From NCBI GenBank assembly GCA_963662585.1, contig OY759729.1:1344001-1408000 (forward strand): a stretch of 64,000 nt of DNA. Reading direction: 5' to 3'. A program made the position numbers and the translations under genes. The stretch is from Candidatus Cloacimonadales bacterium. GTDB taxonomy: Bacteria; Cloacimonadota; Cloacimonadia; Cloacimonadales; JAFGVF01. Under the pieces are notes generated by a model. That model saw only the letters and a list, made by a program, of their open reading frames with translations. It searched no databases and was not told where the DNA came from. Positions 9,503-19,096 of this stretch are shown piece by piece; the first letter of the stretch is position 1, and each line of letters opens with the position of its first letter.

Positions 9503-9529
9503 AACAAAGGCACGATTTCTCGTGCCTTT
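9503..9529 (-). terminator. Intrinsic terminator of buk; intron target site
   Basis: Perfect 10-bp stem AAAGGCACGA-GAAA-TCGTGCCTTT followed by GTT and then the intron 5' end. Confidence 0.85.
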
Positions 9530-9556
9530 ATCATTCTATCTAATTTTTAATAAATA

Positions 9557-10636
9557 TTACTTTCCGTAGATTTTAGCTTCTTCTAAACCTTTAAGAACTC
9601 TAATTCCACCTTGACATAAAGCTTCCATCTCTTTTTCACCAGGGAAAAGCTCGATTGGAGCAATGAATTTAACTCTATCAGAAATAGTTTCTACAATCAT
9701 ATCATTATATACTAAGCCACCGGACATAAAGATAAGATCAACTTTTCCCTTAAGAACAGTAGCACAAGAACCAACTTCTTTAGCTACTTGATAGCACATT
9801 GCATCCTGAATTAATTTAGCTTTTTTATCGCCATTTTTAATCATTTCTGCAACATCTCTACCATCATCGGTACCTAAATAAGCAAGATATCCAGCTTTTT
9901 TAGATAAGTAGCCTAGTAATTCTTTCTTTGTATATTCACCAGAATAACACATTTCAATAAGATCACCTATTGGTAAAGCACCTGCTCTCTGAGGAGAGAA
10001 AGGTCCCATTCCGAGAAGAGCATTATTAACATCCACAACTCTACCATCTTTGATAGCAGCAACAGAAACACCACCACCCATGTGAATACCAATCATATTG
10101 CATTCAGAAAGAGGCTTGCCTAATTTTTCAGCTAATAAACGAGCTATATATCTAATATTTAAAGCGTGAAAAAGTGATTGTCTTTTAATTTCAGGAATAC
10201 CAGAAACTCGAGCAATTTCATCAAATTCATCAACCACAACAGGGTCAACGATATAAGCAGGAATACCATAATCGTTAGCTATTGATTCAGAGATAAAAGC
10301 TCCTAGATTAGAAGCGTGAATTCTTCCCCATAAAGCAGGGTCACTAAGATCTTTCTTCATCTCTTCATTAACAGTATAAGTTCCACCAGCTATAGCCTTC
10401 ATTAGACCACCTCGGCCTACTACAGCAACTAAGCTTTTTGGATCTACGCTGTTCTCTGCCATTGCTTCTAAAACTAACTTCTTTCTGTAATCATACTGCT
10501 CAATTATGCCACCAAAATTGTCTAATACTTCAGCATCATGTCTTAATGTTTTAGTAAAAACTTCTTTGTGATCATCATAAACTGCGATTTTTGTTGATGT
10601 TGAACCAGGATTAATTGCTAATACGCGATTTTCCAT
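9557..10636 (-). CDS. buk: Butyrate kinase
   Basis: Start reassigned to MENRVLAINPGSTSTK (GGAGG RBS); HASNLG, HALN, HMGGGVSV, GPFSPQRAG, PGEKEMEAL. Confidence 0.95.
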   Translation of the reverse strand: MENRVLAINPGSTSTKIAVYDDHKEVFTKTLRHDAEVLDNFGGIIEQYDYRKKLVLEAMAENSVDPKSLVAVVGRGGLMKAIAGGTYTVNEEMKKDLSDPALWGRIHASNLGAFISESIANDYGIPAYIVDPVVVDEFDEIARVSGIPEIKRQSLFHALNIRYIARLLAEKLGKPLSECNMIGIHMGGGVSVAAIKDGRVVDVNNALLGMGPFSPQRAGALPIGDLIEMCYSGEYTKKELLGYLSKKAGYLAYLGTDDGRDVAEMIKNGDKKAKLIQDAMCYQVAKEVGSCATVLKGKVDLIFMSGGLVYNDMIVETISDRVKFIAPIELFPGEKEMEALCQGGIRVLKGLEEAKIYGK

Positions 10637-10732
10637 AATTCCTCCATTATTTAATTTTATCTTTTCCCAAAAAAATAGATACAGGGAAATATGGTCAAGA
10701 AGTAATTGAATAAAATTTTTATCTTGATGTAA

Positions 10733-10767
10733 GAGAATTGAGAATTTAGAATTGAGAATTGAGAATT
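10733..10767 (+). repeat. Heptamer tandem repeat (GAGAATT)x5
   Basis: gagaatt gagaatt tagaatt gagaatt gagaatt. Confidence 0.85.
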
Positions 10768-11018
10768 CACACGAATTATCGCTTATTAAAACAAATTTCA
10801 CCAATCTTGGGGCTTATTGCTTTACACCCTTCTGGGAAACCACCCCGTCAGAGAAATACACTGCCACACTTCCAAAGAGGGGAATTAAAAACCCATAAAA
10901 CCGCCAGGGATAAGCTACACCAACCCAGGCGACTGAAGAAAATCTCCCGAAGCGATTTAGACAGTACAACACAATCACCTAGTGTACATGTACCAGCCTT
11001 CAAGCTTTATCTTTCTTT

Positions 11019-11114
11019 GGTCATCAACTCCTCCTTCACACTCATCTTAAATAATATTCGGATTCTAATTAGGAGGAGTGAGAAGGAGCACCCAAAGAGC
11101 TTAAAGAGATGACC
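11019..11114. repeat. Imperfect palindromic intergenic element, copy A
   Basis: ggtcatc...ctccttcacactc / gagtgagaaggag...gatgacc arms; similar to the elements at 24.7 and 44.6 kb. Confidence 0.5.
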
Positions 11115-11339
11115 TTTGATAGATTCAAGAAGATAGTATCCTAACAAAATTTAAGGGCAAAAGAGGTTTTTCCCTACTTTAAGGTCTTTTCTTCATTCGT
11201 GTAATTCGTGTATAGATTTTTCTTTATTAACTCTGTTATCTCTAGCTCCTGCCTTCTATTCTTCTCCAAAAGCAAAAAAATGCTAGCATTAAGCAGTTTA
11301 TTACTTATATTAATAAAAAAAAATCGAATAGGAAGCCAC

Positions 11340-12710
11340 ATGAGGATAGAAGAAGATTTAATTGGTGATTATGAGATAGAAAAAGATAGATTGTATGGAA
11401 TAAATACTGCGAGGGCATTGGATAATTTCAGGATATCGAATTTAAGAATGCCAGCAATATTTATTAAAGCATTAGCTCAGGTAAAGTTAGCTTCAGCAAG
11501 AACTAATTTCCAGCTAGCTTATCTTGATGATGAGAAATATGAAGCTATGTTCTCCGCTTTGGATGAAATTATTTCAGGTAAGCATGATGGTGAGTTTGTT
11601 ACCGATGCTCTACAAGGTGGTGCGGGTACTTCCACAAATATGAATATGAATGAAGTTGTTGCTAATTTGGCTAACAAATATTTAGGTCATGAAATTGGCA
11701 GTTATCAGGAAGTAAAGCCTCTTGCCGATGTAAATATGCATCAATCAACTAATGATGTATATCCTAGTGCAGTAAGAATTGCCATTCTCTATCTTCTTAA
11801 AGATTTAGAGAAAGATCTAGCAGATTTACAAGAAGCCTTTCAAGCAAAAGAACAAGAATTTCATGATATTGTCAAGATTGGTAGAACTCAACTTCAAGAG
11901 GCTGTCCCAATGACTTTAGGTATGGAATTCTCAGCTTATGCAGAGGCTATTTCCCGGGATAGATGGAGAATCTTTAAATGTCGTGAAAGAATAAAAGTTT
12001 TAAATCTAGGTGGAACAGCTATTGGAACTGGTGTTGGTGCTCCTCAAAAGTATATTTTCAAAGTAGTGGAGAATCTGAAAGAAATTACTGGATTAGTGAT
12101 TGCTCGCTCTGAGAACTTAGTGGAAACAACCCAAAATCTTGATCCTTTCGTAGAGATTTCTGGGATGATCAAGACTGTAGCTGTAAATCTTTTTAAGATT
12201 AGTAATGATTTAAGGCTTCTTTCAAGTGATATGGGCGAGATTAATCTTCCTGCCTTGCAAAGTGGTTCTACAATAATGCCGACAAAGATAAATCCCGTAA
12301 TGCCTGAAGCTGTTTCCCAGGTTGCCTTAAAGGTTATTGCCAATGACTCAATTGTGACCAATGCTGCAGCTCTTGGAAACTTAGAGTTGAATCAATTCAT
12401 GCCTCTCATAGCTTATAGTATGCTGGAATCTTTAGAGATTTTACATAGTGTAATACCACTTTTCCAAGACAAGTGTATTAAGGGAATAACAGCTAATCCT
12501 CAAGTGTGCAAAGATAAGCTTTTTAGAAGTAGAACTATCGCAACTATTTTCGTGCCAATCCTAGGATATTCAAAAGTTGAAGAGTTAATCAAAGAATCTC
12601 TTGCCAAAAAAGTTAATATAAAAGATTTGATTATTGCAGAGAAGCTTCTTAATGAAGCAGAAATAGATGAATTATTGAGTCCTAATAGAATGTATAAATT
12701 AGGATTTTAG
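11340..12710 (+). CDS. aspA: Aspartate ammonia-lyase (fumarase/aspartase family)
   Basis: Start reassigned to MRIEEDLIG; QGGAGTSTNMN, HQSTND, GRTQLQEA, signature GSTIMPTKINPVMPE. Confidence 0.9.
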   Translation: MRIEEDLIGDYEIEKDRLYGINTARALDNFRISNLRMPAIFIKALAQVKLASARTNFQLAYLDDEKYEAMFSALDEIISGKHDGEFVTDALQGGAGTSTNMNMNEVVANLANKYLGHEIGSYQEVKPLADVNMHQSTNDVYPSAVRIAILYLLKDLEKDLADLQEAFQAKEQEFHDIVKIGRTQLQEAVPMTLGMEFSAYAEAISRDRWRIFKCRERIKVLNLGGTAIGTGVGAPQKYIFKVVENLKEITGLVIARSENLVETTQNLDPFVEISGMIKTVAVNLFKISNDLRLLSSDMGEINLPALQSGSTIMPTKINPVMPEAVSQVALKVIANDSIVTNAAALGNLELNQFMPLIAYSMLESLEILHSVIPLFQDKCIKGITANPQVCKDKLFRSRTIATIFVPILGYSKVEELIKESLAKKVNIKDLIIAEKLLNEAEIDELLSPNRMYKLGF

Positions 12711-12718
12711 GAGAAATA

Positions 12719-13789
12719 ATGAAAACTTATAATTGGGATAATTTATCCAAAAATGATATGATAGAATTAATATCCACTAATGATAAGCTTTTACTTCAAA
12801 AGATGTATGACGAAGCTTACAAAGTGAAATTAAGATATGTAGGAAATACTGTTTATTTCCGTGGTTTAGTAGAGTTTAGTAATATCTGTACCAAAGATTG
12901 CCTTTACTGTGGAATTAGAAAAGGTAATGATAGAGTTGATAGATACTGTCTTTCCAAAGAAGATATTTTACAGTCTGCAAAATGGGCTCATGACCATAAC
13001 TATGCCTCCTTTGTTTTGCAATCTGGTGAAAGAACAGATGAAGAATTTGTTTCTTTTGTAGAAGAGGTATTATACGAAATTAAAGATAAATATGGATTAG
13101 GTGTAACTCTTTCTCTAGGGGAAGAGAGTCGAGAGACTTACCGTAGATGGAGAAAAGCAGGGGCAAGTAGATATCTACTTAGAATTGAAAGCTCTAATCC
13201 TGAAATTTACAAACTAATTCATCCAGAAGAGTGTGATTTCCAGGCCAGACTTCAAGCAATAGAAGATTTGAGAGCTGAAGATTATCAGGTTGGAACTGGA
13301 GTTATGATAGGCCTACCAACTCAGACTGCTGAAGATTTAGTCAATGATATTCTCTTTTTCAAAGAACATGACATTGATATGATAGGTATGGGACCTTATA
13401 TTGTACATCATGATACCCCAATGGCTGCCATGATGAAAGATTATGATCCTGCTCATCAATTGGAATTAGGACTTAAAATGATAGCTTTAACTAGACTTTA
13501 TCTCAAGGATGTTAATATTGCTTCTACAACAGCTTTACAAACTTTAGATTCCCTTGGTAGAGAACGAGGTATCTTGGCTGGAGCTAATATTTGTATGCCA
13601 GTTGTTTATGAATCTGTCAATAGAAAGAACTATCTGCTTTATGATAATAAACCTGCTCTTACAGAAACCAGTGAAGAAAATATGAAAGCTTTTGAGAAAT
13701 CTATTCATCGCATTGGGGAAAATATCGGTTACGGGGTAATGGGTAATTCTCCTCACTATAAAAAGAGAAAGGAAGCGAATAATGGCTAA
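12719..13789 (+). CDS. hydE: [FeFe]-hydrogenase maturase, radical SAM protein HydE
   Basis: RGLVEFSNICTKDCLYCGIR, RYLLRIES, DIDMIGMGPY, YxxYDNKP; adjacent to hydF. Confidence 0.9.
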   Translation: MKTYNWDNLSKNDMIELISTNDKLLLQKMYDEAYKVKLRYVGNTVYFRGLVEFSNICTKDCLYCGIRKGNDRVDRYCLSKEDILQSAKWAHDHNYASFVLQSGERTDEEFVSFVEEVLYEIKDKYGLGVTLSLGEESRETYRRWRKAGASRYLLRIESSNPEIYKLIHPEECDFQARLQAIEDLRAEDYQVGTGVMIGLPTQTAEDLVNDILFFKEHDIDMIGMGPYIVHHDTPMAAMMKDYDPAHQLELGLKMIALTRLYLKDVNIASTTALQTLDSLGRERGILAGANICMPVVYESVNRKNYLLYDNKPALTETSEENMKAFEKSIHRIGENIGYGVMGNSPHYKKRKEANNG

Positions 13790-14990
13790 AGTTCCACGCG
13801 GTGAAAGGTTAGTTCTTACTCTAATAGGTAAAAGAAATGCTGGTAAATCGTCCCTGATTAACGCCATGACTGGTCAAGAAATCTCCATTGTTTCAGATAC
13901 TCCAGGAACCACAACAGATCCAGTTGCAAAAGCTTATGAATTGCTTCCTCTTGGTGCTGTTACTATCTATGATACAGCAGGTATCGATGATGTGGGAGAT
14001 TTAGGTGAGCAAAGAGTCAAGAAAACCCGTAAGATTCTCTTCAGAACAGATGTGGCAATTGTTGTTACTGATAGCACAGAAGTTGATAATGATTTACAGA
14101 AGATTATTGTTGATCTCCAAGTAATGAAAGTTCCTTTTATTGTTGCCTTTAACAAGAATGACCTTAACCCTCTTCCTAAAACAACCAGAGAATTTTGTAA
14201 AAGTAATAATATTCCCTTTACTTCTGTTTCCGGAACTAGCGGAGATGGGGTGAAAATGCTGAAGGAGAAACTTGTTACTTTAGTACCGTCTTCTCTCACT
14301 CATGAAAATAACTTAGTTTCAGATTTACTTCGTCCTGGCCAACTTGTAGTCTTGGTTGTTCCTATAGATTTGGCAGCTCCTAAAGGGAGATTAATTCTTC
14401 CTCAAGTGCAAGTACTTAGAGAAGTTTTAGACTCTGATGCGGTAGGTATTATCGTTAAGGAGAGAGAATTAGAGAAAGCTTTGGCAGGATTAAGTAGAAA
14501 ACCTGACCTAGTAATAACCGATTCTCAAGTAGTTCTAAAAGTAGTGGGAGATATTCCTCCTGATGTAAGATTCACTACTTTTTCCACTCTTTTTGCTCGT
14601 TATAAAGGTGATTTTGAAACACTTATCAATGGTGCCAAGGCTATCGACAAACTCAAAGATGGTTCTAAGATTCTTATTGCCGAAGCATGTTCTCATCATA
14701 CTCAAGCTGATGATATTGGGACTGTAAAAATTCCCCGTTGGATGAGACAGTTTACCGGCAAAGAACTTATCTTTGAAAAGAGTGCTGGAAATGACTTTCC
14801 TGAGAATTTGGAAGAATATGACTTAGTCCTTCATTGTGGTTCATGTATGCTTAATCAGATTGAGATGAAACGCAGGATTATGGAGTGCGAACGCAGAGGT
14901 GTGCCAATCTCTAACTATGGAATAACAATCTCTAAGCTTCACGGAGTCTTAGATAGAGTCATCGAACCTTTCTTTATGAGAAGCAAATAA
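13782..14990 (+). CDS. hydF: [FeFe]-hydrogenase maturation GTPase HydF
   Basis: GKRNAGKSS, PGTTTDPV, DTAG, NKND, APKGRLILPQVQ, EACSHH...HCGSCM Fe-S motif. Confidence 0.95.
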   Translation: MAKVPRGERLVLTLIGKRNAGKSSLINAMTGQEISIVSDTPGTTTDPVAKAYELLPLGAVTIYDTAGIDDVGDLGEQRVKKTRKILFRTDVAIVVTDSTEVDNDLQKIIVDLQVMKVPFIVAFNKNDLNPLPKTTREFCKSNNIPFTSVSGTSGDGVKMLKEKLVTLVPSSLTHENNLVSDLLRPGQLVVLVVPIDLAAPKGRLILPQVQVLREVLDSDAVGIIVKERELEKALAGLSRKPDLVITDSQVVLKVVGDIPPDVRFTTFSTLFARYKGDFETLINGAKAIDKLKDGSKILIAEACSHHTQADDIGTVKIPRWMRQFTGKELIFEKSAGNDFPENLEEYDLVLHCGSCMLNQIEMKRRIMECERRGVPISNYGITISKLHGVLDRVIEPFFMRSK

Positions 14991-15021
14991 TTCCTAGGTT
15001 AAGCAAATAATTGAAGGGCTA

Positions 15022-15291
15022 ATGGGGAATATTGCGTTTTGGATTCTAATTCTACAGATATCTTTATTATCTGCTGTTCAGGATAATCAATCTAAGTTAA
15101 ATATAAATAACATTACAAAAGATTACTTAGAAAATACTCAAGAAGATCATGGCTCAAGTAATAAGAAAATATCTTTCTTTAATAATAACAAAGTTGATAG
15201 TTACTTTGCTGTCACCTTTGGTTTAAATAAATCTTTTCTTTATTCATCAACGAATGATAAAGAGCTTATTCTTGAAATTATAGCACCATAA
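15022..15291 (+). CDS. Small hypothetical exported protein
   Basis: 89-aa ORF with a hydrophobic N-terminus, co-oriented and closely spaced between hydF and the MORN-repeat gene. Confidence 0.5.
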   Translation: MGNIAFWILILQISLLSAVQDNQSKLNINNITKDYLENTQEDHGSSNKKISFFNNNKVDSYFAVTFGLNKSFLYSSTNDKELILEIIAP

Positions 15292-15301
15292 GGAGATAAT
15301 T

Positions 15302-17185
15302 ATGGATACTAAAATGTTTCTAACACTGCTTCTCGTCTTGCTGACTGCAAGTTGCTTAGCTAGTGAAAATTTAGACTATCATGACTTAGGAAAGATACAC
15401 ACTATTACTCAATACAAAAATAATAAACTTCATGGCCAACAAAAACTTTATTATGTAAATGGTGATATAAAAGTAATCTCAAATTATAAGAATGGCAAAA
15501 AACATGGTGAGCATATGGAGTATCTCAGCAATGAGTACTTATACAGAAAAGGTCATTTCAAGAATGGTAAAAAGCATGGCGAGTTTCTTGAATATTTCGA
15601 AAACTATAAAAGTATGTATTCTTCAAGCACTATTCTTCATGTTGGTCTGAAATCTAAACGCTATTATAAAGATGATAAATTGCAAGGACCGCAAATAGAT
15701 TACTCTGGAAATGATATAGCATACTCTAAAAGAGATCATGTTGATGGTATCGAGGATCGGGAAAGTATAGTGTACTATCAGAATGGAAATATAAGGTCAA
15801 AAATCCAATATAAAGATGGAAAGAAAAATGGCCAGACTATAGAATATAATGAAGATGGCAACATAGACTATATAGCCCATTTTAAAGATAATATTCTAGA
15901 TGGGGAGTATACAAAATATTCCTCAAGCGGAAATAAAATCTATACTTCTAACTATAAAGATGGTAATTTAGAAGGAAAGACTATCATCTACTTAGAAAAT
16001 GGAGAAATAGACACTCGCAAAAATATTGAACTTATTGAATACCATAAGAATGGGAATATCGCTTCGAAAGTAAATTATGTAGATGGAATAGAAAATGGTG
16101 AATTCAGTGAATACGATAAAGATGGTAATATTAAAACAAAAGGTTACCTAAAGAATCGAGCAAGACATGGAGAGTTTACAACATACAATAGAGAAGGAAA
16201 AATACTCTCCATAATAAGTTTCCTTAACGGGGTGGGAAACGGTCTCTGTACCTACTACTATCCTGATGGATCAGTAGCGAGTAAAGCTAATTATATAGGC
16301 TGTAAAAAGGATGGAGAGTATCTTGAATATGCTTATAATGGTAAGCTAACAGTTAAAGCGAATTATAAGAATGGAGAGAGACATGGCTTAAGCCAAGAGT
16401 ATCATGATAATGGAGAAAAAAAGTATATATTTAATTATAAAGATGGGAAAAGGCATGGAGAATGTATAATATATAGCGAAAATGGTACTCTTATCAGTAA
16501 AACAAATTTCGTTGAAGATAAAATAGTTGGCAAATACAGATCATACCATGACAATGGTAATAGAAATATGGAAGGACAATATATTGATGGTAAAGCGCAT
16601 GGATTGTTTATAAATTACAGTTATTTTAGGGATAACAAAGTCTCTGAAACTAATTATATCGAGGGCAAAAAGCAAGGTATTCAGACAGAATACGATTATA
16701 ATAATGGTAACAAAACAACTGAAGTTAATTATAAAAATGATAAAAAAGATGGTTGGATTATTGAGTTTGGAGAAAAGGGAAATATCAAGGAGAAAATTAA
16801 TTATAAAGACGATCTTAAAAATGGAGAGAACATTCTCTATTATGACTCTGGGGAGATCAAGTCAGTAAGCAATTATATCGATGATGAAAAGTGTGGTAAA
16901 TATATAAAGTACTATAAAAATGGGAATAAGATGCTTGAATATAATTATCAAAATGGAGCTTTAGAAGGTAAAATAATTTGCTATTTAGAAAATGGAGAAA
17001 TAGACACAAGAAAAAAGATTGAATTTATTGAGTATTATGAAAATGGTCAAGTGATGCGAATTACCCATTTGGTCAATGGTAAAAGAGAAGGTGAATGTAT
17101 TACTTTCTATGATAACGAAAAGAGAATTAGCATGAATTTTAGAAACTTTGAACCAGTTTTTGAATCATCTCCTTTTTCATATTGA
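15302..17185 (+). CDS. Exported MORN-variant repeat protein (YwqK-like)
   Basis: Signal peptide; many Y-x-x-G-x-x-x-G-x-x-x-x-Y-x-x-N-G repeats; AAGGAG RBS. Confidence 0.85.
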   Translation: MDTKMFLTLLLVLLTASCLASENLDYHDLGKIHTITQYKNNKLHGQQKLYYVNGDIKVISNYKNGKKHGEHMEYLSNEYLYRKGHFKNGKKHGEFLEYFENYKSMYSSSTILHVGLKSKRYYKDDKLQGPQIDYSGNDIAYSKRDHVDGIEDRESIVYYQNGNIRSKIQYKDGKKNGQTIEYNEDGNIDYIAHFKDNILDGEYTKYSSSGNKIYTSNYKDGNLEGKTIIYLENGEIDTRKNIELIEYHKNGNIASKVNYVDGIENGEFSEYDKDGNIKTKGYLKNRARHGEFTTYNREGKILSIISFLNGVGNGLCTYYYPDGSVASKANYIGCKKDGEYLEYAYNGKLTVKANYKNGERHGLSQEYHDNGEKKYIFNYKDGKRHGECIIYSENGTLISKTNFVEDKIVGKYRSYHDNGNRNMEGQYIDGKAHGLFINYSYFRDNKVSETNYIEGKKQGIQTEYDYNNGNKTTEVNYKNDKKDGWIIEFGEKGNIKEKINYKDDLKNGENILYYDSGEIKSVSNYIDDEKCGKYIKYYKNGNKMLEYNYQNGALEGKIICYLENGEIDTRKKIEFIEYYENGQVMRITHLVNGKREGECITFYDNEKRISMNFRNFEPVFESSPFSY

Positions 17186-17227
17186 TATTGCAGGAGCACT
17201 TCCACTTAGCCTTGATTATTATTTTGA

Positions 17228-17254
17228 TAAAAAAAAGCTCCCACAAGGGAGCCT
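17228..17254 (-). terminator. Intrinsic terminator
   Basis: GCTCCC-acaa-GGGAGC stem preceded on + by an A-run (U-tract on -). Confidence 0.65.
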
Positions 17255-17503
17255 AACTCTTAAGAAATTCAATACTTGATTTAGTAATTTATATTATAAA
17301 TCACTAAATTGGGAAAACACATTATCATATTTCTAAATCACACATGAATATAATATTCTATATTAAAAATTAGTCAAACTCTTTCAAGCTGAAAAGCTCT
17401 CCTATATATCCTAAATGCAATAGAATAGAATGAATTACTCTAGTGCAGTAATAATTGCTTTAAAGCAAGACTTTACTTATTGATTTCTTTCGGAAAAGAA
17501 TCT

Positions 17504-18052
17504 CTAATCCTCAGGAACCCTATTTTTTCTTTGTCTATTAACTCTTAGTTTTCTTTCACTCCAGCCAGGTCTCATTTCTTCATTGCCTTCAGGAGGTCGC
17601 ATTTCATTCATACCATCAGAATGTCTCATTCTTTTTTCCATCATTTGAATATGGTTATCAAAAAACTCTTTAGCTTGTTCAGGAGTTAGAGTTTTCCTCA
17701 TTTCAATCATTTCCTTATAGAAATTCAAGCTAATCTCCTGAATAGTCTTATTGATTTGATCGTTTAACTTAGCTAAAGAATCGTAGTTAGGTTCGGCTTT
17801 AATTAGTTCTTCCATAAACTGGATTCTTAAATCTCTATTTTTTTCATTTAAATTTCTGATATTTTTCCTATACTTAAGATGGATATCAGGTCTATGTTCT
17901 TTTAATCCTTGGAAACTTTCTCTAGTTTCTGGTAAAGCTTCTTCTCTCTCAAATCTCTCATGAATAACAAAATGATAAATACAAGATCCTACAACAGCAA
18001 TATTAAAAGCTAAGGATATGAAGAGCAAAGCAAAGAGTAATTTTCTGTTCAT
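17504..18052 (-). CDS. Spy/CpxP-like periplasmic heavy-metal-sensor family protein
   Basis: N-terminal TM ISLAFNIAVVG, helical body, LTPEQ motif; third gene of the ECF cluster. Confidence 0.75.
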   Translation of the reverse strand: MNRKLLFALLFISLAFNIAVVGSCIYHFVIHERFEREEALPETRESFQGLKEHRPDIHLKYRKNIRNLNEKNRDLRIQFMEELIKAEPNYDSLAKLNDQINKTIQEISLNFYKEMIEMRKTLTPEQAKEFFDNHIQMMEKRMRHSDGMNEMRPPEGNEEMRPGWSERKLRVNRQRKNRVPED

Positions 18053-18061
18053 TTCGTCCTC

Positions 18062-18469
18062 TTAATTATCGTAATAGTAGTTTATTACATCTTCAATTTC
18101 TAAAGTTGAGTATAAATCTGTGCTATATGTATTTTGGTTAGCTAAATTATCATCTTGAGTCGTGAAAACAGAAGTAGTAAAGAATATTCCTAAAGCGAAA
18201 CTCATTAAACTACCCACTAGGGCAGGAGCGTATCTAATAAAGAATGGTCTTGGCTTAGTCTGATATTTAACAGAATTAAGAACTCTTCTAGTTATGTCCT
18301 CAGGAACAAGGTTATTTTCGACTTTCTGAAGTAATTTTTCTACTTCTTCAAATCTATTAAATAAAGAAGCAAATTCTTGATCCTTAGCCAATCTCTCTTC
18401 TACTTCTTTTCTCTCTTGAGGATTTGCTTCTCCGTCAAGGTAGCGATTAATCAATCTTTCAACTTTCAT
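18062..18469 (-). CDS. Transmembrane anti-sigma factor
   Basis: Start reassigned to MKVERLINRYLDGE (GGAGG RBS); anti-sigma-like N-terminus plus a single TM; follows the ECF sigma. Confidence 0.8.
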   Translation of the reverse strand: MKVERLINRYLDGEANPQERKEVEERLAKDQEFASLFNRFEEVEKLLQKVENNLVPEDITRRVLNSVKYQTKPRPFFIRYAPALVGSLMSFALGIFFTTSVFTTQDDNLANQNTYSTDLYSTLEIEDVINYYYDN

Positions 18470-18494
18470 ACTTCCTCCTAAGTTAAGAAGTAAT

Positions 18495-19004
18495 TTATAA
18501 AATGATTCCCAGATCATCTTTAACTCTTTTTTCTATTATCTTTCTAAGTTTTTTTTTGGCTCTTACTAACTGACTTTCAATTGCTTTGATAGAATATCCA
18601 GTCTCTTCTGAAATCTCTTTATAGCTCTTCTTTTGATAGATTTTTAGTTCAATTAAAAGAGACATCTTAGCTGGTAATTCAGCCATAGCATATTTAATTA
18701 TGTCTTTGTATATATCTTCTTTTTCTTCACTACCTAAATCAGCTATATTACTGAAATCAAGATTGGGGAAGCTGATCTCTCTTTTTCTTTTCTTTAAATA
18801 ATCCAAAGAATTATTATGACAAGCCCGATAGAGATAGGGAGACACTTTATCAGTATCAACTCCTTCCATTTTGTCATAAAAAGCTATGAAAACACTTTGT
18901 AAAACATCTTCAGCATCTTCCCTTTGTCCTACAAATTTCAGAATATAGTTATATAATTTTGGAGTGAAGTCTTTTACTACTCTTTCGAAATTATCTCTTT
19001 TCAT
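18495..19004 (-). CDS. ECF RNA polymerase sigma factor
   Basis: DAEDVLQSVF (region 2), YLYRACHN, SYKEISEETGYSIKAIESQLVRAKKKL (region 4). Confidence 0.92.
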   Translation of the reverse strand: MKRDNFERVVKDFTPKLYNYILKFVGQREDAEDVLQSVFIAFYDKMEGVDTDKVSPYLYRACHNNSLDYLKKRKREISFPNLDFSNIADLGSEEKEDIYKDIIKYAMAELPAKMSLLIELKIYQKKSYKEISEETGYSIKAIESQLVRAKKKLRKIIEKRVKDDLGIIL

Positions 19005-19096
19005 CCACTCTCCTATCTCTTAAGACTATTTCAACAATGTTTTCCTGCAAAAAAAATAAATTTACTTTCATTTAAAGTTATCTAAGCACTCTGATT

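Noticed and set aside
10733..10767. CRISPR array
   Set aside because: Only 7-nt tandem units without spacers; no cas genes and no 25-40 nt repeats anywhere in the window
10637..10804. N-terminal extensions given by the ORF track for buk (also aspA, the anti-sigma, the ABC ATPase and rplE)
   Set aside because: Downstream ATGs have good RBSs and match family N-termini; the buk extension translates a heptamer repeat
10759..11112. 117-aa plus-strand ORF
   Set aside because: It runs through repeat and palindrome sequence, has no RBS and no protein-like motifs
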